Source of the DNA: Iphione sp. A-MEVVRFRX5
Lineage: Eukaryota
Direction of reading: 5' to 3'
DNA length: 64,000 nt
NCBI GenBank assembly: GCA_976226885.1
Contig: OZ320314.1
Coordinates: 35,588,001 to 35,652,000 of the forward strand
This document shows positions 1-11,899 of this stretch, piece after piece; the stretch's first letter is position 1, and every line of letters begins with the position of its first letter. The notes beneath the pieces were generated by a model, which was given only the letters and a program-made list of their open reading frames with translations, did no database searches and was not told the DNA's origin. Position numbers and translations under genes: made by a program.

Positions 1-633
1 TTTCCCGTGGGTTTTGTCTCAAATGGAAATTTTCCATCGGAGTTCTCGAGTAACATGACATGATAAAAGAACTACTGCCTTGATTATTCCGAGAGGATCG
101 CTTCCCGCCAAGTTACCCATCTCGGTCACTCGTTGCTAAATTTATTTCCGACCATTAGCCACCTCCAGCTAAACCCCGTCCCACCCGCAGGTACCCTTCA
201 CCGACCCATTCCTTCCTGCCGCTTACAGGCTGGAGCCGCGCCGGCCCCTCGTTTCACACTGCATCACCTGGCCAGGTGGCCTGGCCCATCTGTCACGGCC
301 ATCAACGTCAGCTCCGATCACGGCGCCTCATTCCTTCCTCGTTAGGCGTCGCCACCCCATGTCTCAATCACCAGAGGGCTCCACATTCGATAGGTTGGTT
401 GGGGATTCGGCCACATCGCGCCCACCGGAATGACGCCTCCAGCCGTGATGTTGGAGTCGGAACGTAGGCGGGTTTCTCACAGTGTGCTGCCCCAGGAGAG
501 GTTAGGTGTGTGCAAATGTGATGGAGACGTCCATTTCATGTTTGATTTGATCTCTGACCAGTATGAAACATGAAGTGGTTGTACTGCGGTCAGTGTCGGT
601 CCCCCTTCTTCCGAACTCGCATGCACAGCTGCA

Positions 634-732
634 AACACACAGACAGACAGAGAGACAGACAGGCAGACAGACAGACAGACAGAGACACACACATACATAC
701 ATACACACACGCGTGTGCGCGCGCACACACAC
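634..732. repeat. Compound microsatellite (CAGA)n/(CA)n
   Basis: Runs of acag/agac followed by cata/ca/cg dinucleotides, read directly. Confidence 0.95.
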
Positions 733-1269
733 AACACTGAAGTAGAAAACTCTTGATGATTATTTTTACGTCTGACCTCTGTCGTAAAGATCGAAAAATC
801 CAGAAGGAAGATGTATTATCTTCCCTGCTTGACATTTCGGCAACGAAATTCAATCACGATAAACACAGAGCTAATTGATACACTGTATATCAATATGCAA
901 GGTTTTGTTCATGTTGCCAATACCCCACCATTGTCAGCTTCTAATGCGTGCTTTACCAATGCGTATTTGCAATTACATGTAAATTACACACGCTGAATTC
1001 TTAAGCCCATCGTCACACATTGCTGATGACACTGCATGCAAATACATAATATATCAAATATCTCAATTACAAGTGTCACTGCAGCTACAGTGATGGAGAT
1101 AACTGTAGGCCTGATATTAAAAATCTACACGGTATATCACACATTATATGGCACTATCTTGATTATCTAAGAGCATCGTACCCATACTCTTCCACATTGA
1201 GAGTAAGGACGTCAGACGGGATAAAGCTGGTAGCGAAACTGCAAGCTCCAGAGGTTGCCAGTTCATGTA

Positions 1270-1718
1270 CAGTGAATACTCCAAATCCGAACGATCGCCA
1301 TTTCTGCCAAAATCGTTCGGATTTCGGAAAATCCAGACTTCAAATAATGGCCTAAGGCCATTTTTTAACATACCAGTCATATTCATAAGCCCTAAATTGG
1401 CAAAATTTGTCCAAAGATGGGTAATACTCAGCCAAATTCGTCTGAAAATCGGCCAAACTCGGCCAAATTCATCTGATAATTGGCAAAATTTAGGCAAATT
1501 TATCTGAAAATTAGCAAGAACTAGCCAAATTCATTAAAAGCAGCCAAATTTGTCCAAAAATCAGTCAAAATTGGCTGAAAATTGTTCAGATTTCCGATTG
1601 AAATGTTCGGTTATATGAGTGTCCTAACAGAGAAAAACAATTGGTACCAGCCAATTACATGTATGTTCAGTTTTTGGAAAATTCAGTTTTTGAGTGTTCA
1701 GTTTTGGAGTAACCTCTG
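1270..1718. mobile_element. pogo/Tigger-like (Tc1/mariner superfamily) MITE
   Basis: Left end CAGTGAATACTCCAAATCCGAAC vs reverse complement of right end CAGAGGTTACTCCAAAACTGAAC (18/23). TA on both flanks (1268-1269, 1719-1720). Internal GCCAAATT repeats. Confidence 0.75.
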
Positions 1719-2778
1719 TATACATATACATGCACAGTGTAATAAGCTTTACCCCTATTTGTCTGTTTCTTTGTATGTAAATATACTACACAAGATGATC
1801 TGTCAGTGAATTTGTAAACATTCATAGCCAGGTTAGTCATATAGATGTTTACTGTCCATGTACACCGAAAAACTAGAGTAAGGATGATGAAAATCAGGCT
1901 GATAGTTCTTGCATTCCTTTTTACTTTGCTTTCATGCACAACTCGCATGATGGTGCCATGATTGTTCAGGAAAAGTCTCTATATTAATTTTCATTCGCCA
2001 GGTTTGCACACCGTTTTTCGGACGGTGCTCCACATAGAATATAAACAGATGGAAACCATGGAGCTATGGATAATGAGGCTAAACCAAAGGCAATAAAATG
2101 AGTTTCCATTTCTTAGATGTGAAATCTTGTACACTATAGTAGTCGACCTGGTTGGTGAAGGCCATAAACACAAAGAGTGGGGAATGAAAGAAAGAGTCTA
2201 ATCAGAGGTGGACAGCAGGTCGGAGGAGCTCTTGAGCTTTACCTCTTCCTTCGTCCATTTAAAGTACCCCGACCTGGTGTTTATATAGATATAGCCCTAC
2301 CACCCCTACTTCAGTAAAATATACTTTTTGCATGAATTAATGTATGGGGAGACCATCTATACAGTGTTATCTATTGTAAAGCTCTTCACCATTGCCTCAG
2401 GGGACCCAATCCTCACCATAACTGACACATCATACAGTTAAATCAGATAAAGTCCTCATTAAGTGCTTTTCTTCCAATAAACTGCTTGTGCATGCAGCTC
2501 CCCTGGACTGTTTTATGTAAGGTCCCTGACTTGAATGTTATCACCCAGTTAACAATAATTAGTATGAAGAATACAATATACAAGAATGCCTTTCTTTAGT
2601 TTTCCATTCCCTTCGCCACTGCATCACAAACTACAGTATCCTATCATGAAAAAGCCTACCCAACTGCTATATATCCTATAGTGGCCTCTGAATCTCCCCA
2701 CTTAATACGCTTGGGAATAACAACTGCAAAGACCCATTCACTCAACTGGCAACCTTCACTGGTTTATCAATGCACTTA

Positions 2779-3412
2779 GGCCCAGGTTCCTTTCCTGTGT
2801 TGTTGTCCGGATACATTTCCATCCACTTCCCATCCATTCTCATCCGTTTTTATGAGCATAATAATTTCAATGAAGGGTACTCCTTACCTGTGGGTGCGGA
2901 AGGGTGCAGCAGGGTGCGGGAGTGTACATATGCTTGTCTTGGGGCAGTGCTTGGTATTTGTCTGGACACCCAGACACCCACAGAGCAATGCACTGCTATT
3001 TCTTCATTTTTACTCAGTTATCTTGATGAATTATGAATATTTACACAGATTTACACACTTATCGGTCCTTTTCTGGACGTTTTCCATCAATTTTGGCAGC
3101 TTTTGCCTGATTTTGTCCTTTTTGCCATCAATTATGGTGATTTTGGCCGTTTTTGTGCCTTTTCGTGTCAATTTTAGCAATTTTCACTCGTTTTGTCCTA
3201 ATTTTGCCCTTTTCCATCAATTTCAGTGGGTTTTGTTTGTTTTGTCCTTTAGCCTCTTAATTTTGGCCCTTTTCTTGCAGCTTCAATGCAGCCTTTAAGG
3301 ACACCCTTCGCTGTGAGGGTGCAGTAGGCTGCGGAAATGAAAAACACCTACCAACACACACGGTCACCTCCCGCACTCTCCTGCAGCCTCCTGCAGGTGA
3401 GGCTACTGGGCC
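2779..3412. mobile_element. Degenerate PIF/Harbinger-like MITE
   Basis: GGCCCAG...CTGGGCC termini flanked by TTA and TAA. The interior (ACACCC...CAATGCACTGCTATTT, pyrimidine-rich tract) matches the reverse complement of about 38810-39220. Confidence 0.55.
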
Positions 3413-4506
3413 TAACTTGCATCCAGAATTATTTATATGTATATGTGATCATATGTCTACTTAAATATTTGTTGTTCCGCATGGTGAGTGGACCATATTG
3501 AACACTTTAAAAGTACTTTTGTCTTCTGAAAAGTGTAATTATCTTTTCTTGATTCCCCAATGATTAGTTTGATACATGGGACGAAAGGTTAGATTGCAAA
3601 GTTTAAACATACTTATGGTTTGGAGAGCAAGTATTGTATTCGCAGTATTCTAACACCTAATTGCAAAAGCCTCCCTGCACCTTTCTTCGTGATAGGCCAT
3701 CTGCCTTTTTACGAAATTGGACTCTTAAAATGATGTCAGGTTTAATCTGTCTCTGATTAGCTGCACAGAAATTCAACAGTAGAACTGTAAGATATATCAG
3801 GTACACAAATGAATGGACAAATAAGATTTTTGTCTGAAATGGCGATGTGTTTAGAATAGACCAGAGAGGCTGCTCGAGTTACGCTTGAGATAAACGGCTC
3901 ACATAGTCCCCGAAACTGCCGATGTTTTGGTGTGGAGTTCCTCTATACACATTGATATTTTACGATACAGAAACAAGAATCTGGCGGAGCATATACGCTT
4001 GAAGGCTATGAAACTTAGGCTCTCTGATGGAGTCAGTCCTCTTCTAGTAGGTAAAGTCCCTCTCGGGTCTCACAAGTAGAGAGAAGCACCGGCACTTTGT
4101 AAATTAAACAAGTCAGAAAGGGGTCTCCGACGCCACTAAGGTGATACAATAATTAGATAGTAACACATGGAAAATGTTTTTTTTAGTTACATTCAGACGT
4201 TTTAGGGAGCATTGAGGACCTAAGCAACACAGACATTCTTCTAGCTAGAATACACGGATCCCTGCGATAGCTTGTTCCGTGAAATTCAATTATATCTGTG
4301 TTCACTATCACAAGGGACACTCAAATCTCGTCTTGTCGGTTCCGTGTTCACCTTCGAAATGAAGCAGTCGATCAGAATATGCATTTTAGTTCGATCTTTA
4401 TTGAAATTAGCGAAAGCGTTTGATGTCATTGACCACAGGCTGATATTGTATAAATGTGCTCTAGTTGGTTTAGGTGATAACACTCATTTGGCTAGAGTGG
4501 TATTTA

Positions 4507-5523
4507 GGCCTGGTTTCCATATGTGCATAACCATCCATGTGCGTGACTGTGTGTGACTGTGCATATTTTATGAGTAAAGGCTTAACCATAGAGGAGTTTC
4601 TATATGTGCATACCCATCCATGTGCATGACCGTGCATGGATGATTATTGGTACATGCTCGATAATTCCATGCACACAGATGCTATACACACAGCAGTATA
4701 CATGATATGGCCTTTGAATCAAGTGAAATCTCTTGTAGAGATCTTGTAGAATTCCTGTCTAATATGCATAAATTGTGAGTTTTTTTTATGCAGATCTCAT
4801 AGAATTCCTGTCAAATTTATGTAAATTGTGAGTTTTTTTATGCAGATCTCATAGAATTCCTGTCAAATATGTGTAACTGAGTTTTTTATGCAAATTATAT
4901 GCAAATTAAATAATATTTCATACAATCTACAATCATTTCCTTGTCATTTCACACACTGTCCTTCACTCTCTTTCCTGGATGATGAAAGACACCCCTCTGC
5001 ATGAGAATGTGTGTAAAAAAACATGCATGACCACACATGCAACATTCACAATGTAGTGTGTGCGTGTAGAGAGAGCGTATAATGCTAAAGACTAGGCGGT
5101 CCATAGAAGCGATCCGCAGCAGAGTCTGTGATCCATGACAGGGTGAATCTGTGATGCTCGCGGATTCGAGTAACCTCTTAAAGGTACTGTGTAGTAAGGG
5201 TATACCGCGGACTTGTTTATTTACAGCATAGTATCTCCAGACCAGACATATGTCTGGACAACCTATTTTTAGCAACTCTTATGTAACACTGTCATATATA
5301 AACCCATGTTTTTCTGGAATAAACAGACCCTTTTCTCTTTGCACTTTTGAGAAGGACCATTCCATGCACAACTATATTAGTGTATTTGGAGTGAATGTTA
5401 TTCTTTTGTTTTTGTCAAATTTATTCATAGTACAGTCTTATTGGCTTCTAGAGCTCATCTTAATGATAGACACGTTACAACATGCATGACCATGCATGTT
5501 TCCGCATGTATGGAAACCGGGCC
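4507..5523. mobile_element. PIF/Harbinger-like non-autonomous element (MITE)
   Basis: TIRs GGCCTGGTTTCCATA vs GGCCCGGTTTCCATA (one mismatch). Exact TTA duplication at 4504-4506 and 5524-5526. Confidence 0.9.
4740..4892. repeat. Three tandem ~52-bp units inside the Harbinger MITE
   Basis: GATCT..TAGAATTCCTGTC units start at 4740, 4793 and 4845. Confidence 0.9.
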
Positions 5524-8500
5524 TTAGCAGGTCGCCAACAATTTCATGATATAACTGTCCATGGAATAGAATTTTAGCTGTGAATACATATTATTGTATG
5601 ATTTTGCCAGTATAAATAACGTAATAATAATAACAATACATGAGGTGTAACAATATGAACTCTGCAATATTACCAGTAAAATTCCAGGTACCTCAGGGGC
5701 GCCATATGGGCCCCCTGTTGTTTTCAATTATAGTTAATGACATGCCACAGTCTCAAGTCACAACTCAGGCCCTTCTGTATTTGGATGACATGACAATTTT
5801 CTCCTCAGCCTCTAATATCATGGCGCTGCGAAGGCACGATGGATGACCTTTAGGAAGAGTCAACAGTTTGCATTTGACATCACTTGATTCTCCAAAAATT
5901 AAGAAGGAGTCTTGTATAAGCTTTCTCGAGTTTAAAATAAGCGACAACCTGACATGGAAACCAATGGTCCAGACTGTAAGGAAGAAGATGAGGGTTAGAT
6001 TGCACTACATCTGTAAATTGATATCTTGCTTGTCATTTCACCACAAGGCCAGACTCTTCCAAATGTTCATTATACCTCTGGTCGATTACAGGATAATCTT
6101 CTACAGAAACCGGAAGAAATTACTTGACAACTTACGAATAAAACACGTCACTAATATCGCTAGTAACTCTCACTTTGGTAAAAAGCACAGCGGCTTTGAC
6201 GAGTGGTACAAGTTTGGCATTTCTTGAAGATAGAAAAGGCTTATTTGTTCGATAGCCTTATCTATAGACTGTATCTAATAGGCTTGTGTAAAGAAGAGCA
6301 AATCAGAAGATGAGCACGTTAAAGCCGGTCCACTAATGTAATGTAAACTTCCTAACCATGTAAAGACTACTACGTCTATGGCATCTTTCAAAGTATGTTT
6401 TAAGAGGTTGTAATGATGATTAGTACACTCTAGACTGGTCGATCACTGCTCTATAATAGCTGCAAAGCATTATGTCCACAACTGTCTCAAGCCTAGTGAC
6501 GAGACGTTGAGCAATGTATATTACAACCACATGTCCACTCTGTGAACGTTCGTGCAAACTGACATGTGATGCGTTAATCTATAGCCTCTTCTGATATCTG
6601 ATATTCCTTTTTAAATCCTTAATGATGTAGTATTTTCTTTTTTTTCTTTAATTTTTCCTCATCGGAAGATCTTTTGTACCCTTGTACCGAAGAAGTGATG
6701 AATAAACCTCATAAACCTTATAAACCTTAGATATGTTTTTTCCCTCCCTCCTGGTGTGAATTCTACGCACTAATCGCTTAACATAGGTTTCTGTGATCAT
6801 ATCGCTACTCTAGCCTCGCATTACAAGACAAATATTACTACGACAGTACAGTGTACAATGTATATTAACCTGACATTTTTCCCAATACAAAGTCTTTCCG
6901 TTGTACTTCGTAACCTCTTAGTCGTTCATCTGACGTATTGTTATTGAGCATTTTGGCACCTCTACTACATCATTCACCGTCAGTGATGAATAGGAGAAGG
7001 TCTACAACTGAGCCCAGATGAATGCAAAGCGAGAAAGTCCTTCTTCAGTGAACTGCTACCCACTGGTACCCCCCTCCCTCCCTTCAAGCATACACTCCAG
7101 ACAATCGCAGGCTTCACAATTTCACTGAAAATAAGTAGCTTTCCTGTGTCAAACTCATACATATATGCGTATCTTTCTATCGAAGTATCTATATGATTTG
7201 TTAAGATCGAACCATATTGCTTTTATATCCATTTTGTCCCAGACAATCAGAAATAGATCTATTGTGGTTTCCCAAGGTGAGTCTATGTCCAGTCGCATCC
7301 AGAAAAGGATGTTCTTTTATCCTTACAACGGCTTGATATAGGCAACCGAGCATGCACACACGCATACACGTATAGTGCGCAACATATTCAGTGGTGAGTT
7401 AAGATTTGAAGTGAACGGTCAAAACTATATCAATTACAAATACAAGTGTACACATGTACTCGAATGTTTTAGGCAAACATGATACGCCTAAGCGATCCTC
7501 ACAGTCTTCTGGAAAACTTGTCAACTTGAAATGTGAGAGCCTTCACGTGATGTGAAACACACTTTGGTACACGTTTCACACATGTATGTAAACGTTATGG
7601 ACTCTACTTTTTATCTGAGGATTATTTCCCAAGTCCTTCCAATGAGAGGCCCATAGCCTCTGAAAGAAAAGGCGTAAGGCCAAACAGATGATAGACAATA
7701 CAATAAATGAAAGAAATCAGTGAACTTCGGCATCAGTGCATTAGGGCTGGTTTCGATACTTGCATGACTGCATTGTATTTGCATTTGTGTTGCTAGTGTT
7801 CATCCAATAAGTGTTTTTCATAGATATTCCCCACAAAAGTGTCCTACTGTTTGTATTGAGTTAGCATTGTGTGAAAACATTTCCCAGCCTTACCCACTGT
7901 TTCAATGTGTTCTTTGACAATAAAATGGCTGACAAATTGTAAATTTAGTAAAACACCAATAAGTTGTGAATTTGATCAGTAAAATCCTGGTTGGTAACAA
8001 AATTTGACGAGAAAATGACTAGCACATCTTTTCAATATTTCTCATGCATTTGCTTCTGCTAGCATTGAATTATCGAACAATTTTAAGAACCAACAAAGCA
8101 AACGCAGCATAAATACAACATAAGTATGGAAACACCTCAATTGCTTATCGCCTCTTAGTGAAACAAATGCAATGCAGTACTAATGCACTGCGGTCGCAGA
8201 TGTATAGAACCATTCGCTTAATTTTCGTATAACTTTGGTTGCACATTTGCTAAAAATTATTTTGGTGTAGTAAGTTGAAATCGATTTGTTAGCGCTGTGT
8301 GTAATTTAATTTAAAACTGAATTATTCTCGATTAGAGAGGGCTGTCATTAACTTTAGTTGAATTTAAACATAAAATAGAGGGAAATCCATTGGGACTATG
8401 CGAAAAGGCCCTTTCCCACTGGTTGCCTCGCTCCCTGGATTGATCTTGGTTGGTACTCTAGTCAGAAGTAGACTCCCGTAAATACAGATAGCTTTACTAT

Positions 8501-8812
8501 TCGTTAAAACCCATCAAAAGGACGTCACCTTTACAAGTCATGTTTCCACACACATACATTTATACAGAGACAGACAGAGAGAAAGGAAAGGACACAAAGA
8601 AATCAGAGAGAGCAATTGAAAGACAGAAAGAGACAAACTTGGGCATTTCTAAAGTGGCAATATTGAACATTACCTGGCAGTGTGAGAGAGATATAGATAC
8701 AGGGGCCAGACAGACTACAGAGAAACAGACAGACTACAAACAAGAAAAAGAGACTTTAAAGTTGGGAAATTTTTTTGAAATGCTACTAATTCACATTGAC
8801 GTCGCCTAGCAA

Positions 8813-8817
<5 letters not shown>

Positions 8818-8851
<34 letters not shown>

Positions 8852-8915
8852 GACAAAAAAGAGGGCGATAAAGAGGGGGAAGAGAGAGAGATAGAGGGAG
8901 AGAGACGGTGAGAGA
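8818..8915. repeat. (GA)n microsatellite and GA-rich tract
   Basis: Perfect GA run at 8818-8848, then degenerate GA-rich sequence. Confidence 0.95.
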
Positions 8916-9514
8916 TATGGGAGAGTCTTCAAGCCTAGCATAGGGAAACAGAAGGACGTCAAACCTGGAAGAGATAGATACACAGGCTGAGAACGAATTC
9001 AAGGTTGGTTATTCTCTGAAGTTCTAATAATCGATGTTGCCCCAAGATTAGGATAATCGATGTGACACACTTTGCCAGTACCTTGGATGACACAAATAGT
9101 CAGCAAATTCGGAATGAAAGAATGAATTTCAAGAATGTTATTCCACTTCTCTTGTACAACACTGAATTATACATTTACATATTCCAGTGGAAGAACACAT
9201 ACAGAGACAGCACATACAAACAGACAAAAAACAGTACAATTAAATAGGCAGTAGCCTCCCCAATGGAGCCATACTCGGGAGTTTACTAGCTAGTCGCCTG
9301 TTTGTGAATATTTATAGAGTAAAATTTCCTTCATACAATGAAGTTTTACAAAATCTACTGAAACACTTGGTTAGTGCACTTCACAAAACAACTGATCCAC
9401 ATAATTCTACAATACATGTGCTTCATTTCCCACTATATTTCCCCTGGTCTCCAAATTTTTCGCAGAATAATTTGGACTGTTGGTTTCGTATTACAAATGA
9501 TTTTTTGCAAAATA

Positions 9515-10188
9515 CAGTAGAACCCCTCCACAACAGACATCGATGGGACTGACCTCAATCCGTCCATTGTCGGGGGTGTCCGCTGTGGCTGGGCTACCCC
9601 TTCTACCTCTCTCTCTTTCCAATATAGTTCAATAGGCCATAATTATAGATCAATATGGTAGAGGGAAGGTTGGGAGGGGCCGACTGAAGTGCGTCAGCAG
9701 TAGAGGGAAGGTAGGCAGGGGCAGACGCTCACAGACGTCCTTACACTACTCCAAGTGCTACCTGTAGACTAGGTCACCCTCCTGTCACTCACAGACATCC
9801 TCACACCACCCCAGGGCCTACCTGTAGACTTCGTCGCCCTCCTGTCGCTCACAGACGTCCTCACACCACCCCAGGGCCTACCTGTACACTTGGTCACCCT
9901 CCTGTCACTCACAAACATCCTTACACCACACCAAGTGCTAATTGTACACTTGTGCGCCCTCCTGCCGCTGACTGGGAAGGGTGGGTGTCCGCTGTAGACC
10001 CTGTAAAATAAGGGTTCGGGACTGTCCAGGGACTGTCTGAAGGGGGGTGTCCGCTGTCCCTGAGATGTCCACTGTGTCTGAGTTGTAATAAACATGATAT
10101 AGAGGGTTTTTGCTTGGGACTGTCCTGCAGGTGTCCACTGTAGGGGGTGTCCGCTGTGTCCGGGCGTCCGTTATCAGGGGTACCCCTG
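9515..10188. mobile_element. pogo/Tigger-like MITE with an internal 60-bp minisatellite
   Basis: CAGTAGAACCCCT..AACAGAC vs reverse complement of right end CAGGGGTACCCCT..AACGGAC. TA on both flanks. Subterminal GGGGTGTCCGCTGT repeats. Confidence 0.8.
9730..9969. repeat. Four tandem 60-bp units
   Basis: CACAGAC.TCCT.ACAC... units start at 9730, 9790, 9850 and 9910. Confidence 0.95.
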
Positions 10189-10326
10189 TATATGTATTAA
10201 AGAGTTTTCATTCAGAATTCAAACAGCTTAAAGAATAAAAAGCAGATTAATTACTCACTACTATGGTGTACATATATTGTCGGTCAAACACATTTTGCTC
10301 AAGGTCAATTTACATTATATGATTGG

Positions 10327-11150
10327 TTAAAGGAGTTTAAAAGCAGTTTCTTTTAACTAAAAAGACTGTTTGCAAATGTAAACATCATATTAACAAATTA
10401 AAGGTATTGGAATATGTATTTTTGGTTCTAGATGGCAGCCTTACCGATGCACTTGTTATGTTATTAGATCAGCATTGTAACACCTGTTCGTTTTGTAATT
10501 TTGCTGAAAAAAATGAAGCTTCATAATATGGCTTCATGTACTTATCTTCAAAAATAAACTGGCTGGTCCCTTGAAAAAAGGCAAGTGCTCTTTGCACGTT
10601 TCCCCTTATTTCAATCAGTTCTCTCTTAACTCCTGCCAGACCACCCAAATTAGAGAAATTTGTGTAAAAAGTTGAAGCTTGACATAACATTTTAACCAAG
10701 TTTTTTTGGTTAAGAACCTATCTGTTATATACCATTTTGAAACTTATTAATCATAGCATATTTTCCCAATACAATTTAGCTTCTTTTTGGGTTACCATGG
10801 CAACAACACCGAATTGAATATAAAACATTATACTATATACAAGAAAGCAGCAAGATATATTATTTCTACTAGAAAATATTCAATTATAAAGGTGTTTAAG
10901 AAGTGATTTGCAACATATCAGTATTTGTTTCTATATATCGATTCAATAAGTTTTATACAAATTTCTAATGATGTTTGTCAACATCCAAAAATGTCATTGG
11001 TATTATCAAAAAGTAGCAAGATTTTTTCATGGTAACAATATGTATAACAAATACTACTTGTTTGTTGAAGCTATGATTGTAACGAAATTCAACAGGATTA
11101 AAATAAATATATGTTAAATACATACTGTGTATTACAAATATAGAGTATGA
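10327..11150. repeat. AT-rich interspersed repeat (putative non-autonomous DNA element) related to 17503-18900; ends uncertain
   Basis: Starts TTAA|AGG. Contains GTTACCATGGCAAC at 10791-10804. The downstream ~200 bp aligns by eye with 17794-18050. Confidence 0.5.
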
Positions 11151-11193
11151 CATCGTACACTTTTTTCCCGTATGTGGAAATCCCTATGAGATG

Positions 11194-11369
11194 CAGTGTC
11201 ACCTTGCTAATATGACCCACATTGGTTCTGACCTTAAATGGTCTCAATAGGGAGTGGTCTTATTAGAGAGCGGCATTTATATACATGTATGTAATTCTGT
11301 TCCTTAACAAATGGTCCTAGTAGGGAGGGAGTCTGATTAAAGAGGTGGTCACAGTCTAAAGGGACACTG
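11194..11369. mobile_element. Short pogo/Tigger-like MITE
   Basis: CAGTGTC...TGACC termini in inverted orientation, flanks TG and TA, internal GTGGTC repeats. Confidence 0.55.
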
Positions 11370-11899
11370 TACACTGTTGGGACTGATAACGTTTAAGTAT
11401 TTTCTGGATAAAAGTTGATGGAATCTTTTAAAAGACATTCACAATGAATATATTGATGGGCATTATAATATAGTATAAAGATTCACTTTCCCGTGCTGCT
11501 ATGTATTTTGAATCTTACAAAGAAATAGTAAAAGTTGCTTCATATGCTAACTCAAAAAATGGCTGCCACATATATTTACACACAAGTCATGATTCGCTTA
11601 ATGATTACCTATAATTCAATTTGGTCAGTTTTTACCTAGTCATCTGCTTTACACTTCTTAGGACTTGTATTGTCTATTAATCTATAAAGTAGAGATTGAT
11701 AGTCAGGGTTTAGCAGAGGGGTTTTTCGCTGAAGAGGTTTTGTTCATTGGGAGATTGTGGAGGGAATTTCGCCATTTTGTGGAGGGTATTTGATCTGTAT
11801 AGAAATGCGTGTTTGTGGAGGAGTTGCTCAGTTGCCAGTTGTATATATGTTCCTATAATAAACTTTCCTGAAGGCAGAAGCAAAAAATATATAACTTGA

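Larger units (their letters stand above)
3700..6728 (+). pseudogene. Decayed L2/CR1-group LINE (RT region and 3' end), interrupted by a MITE; left boundary approximate
   Basis: Frameshifted RT motifs: SDGVSPLL (~4020), LAKAFDVIDH (~4410), WLEWYL|AGRQQF across the MITE, VPQGRHMGPLLF and LYLDD (5690-5790), post-RT segment 5868-6227. 3' tail of three ATAAACCTY units at 6702-6728. Confidence 0.85.

Noticed and set aside
1-480. DGV*L / DGVDL / DGTRL strings suggesting more SGNH remnants (here, ~49000-49300 and ~51840-51870, all minus strand)
   Set aside because: These are five-residue matches without the other SGNH blocks at correct spacing, which is expected by chance.
2770-3298. ORFs of 88 and 148 aa, and the 270/138-aa ORFs at 38820-39632
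   Set aside because: They lie within non-coding MITE interiors with purine/pyrimidine strand bias; the hydrophobic look is compositional.
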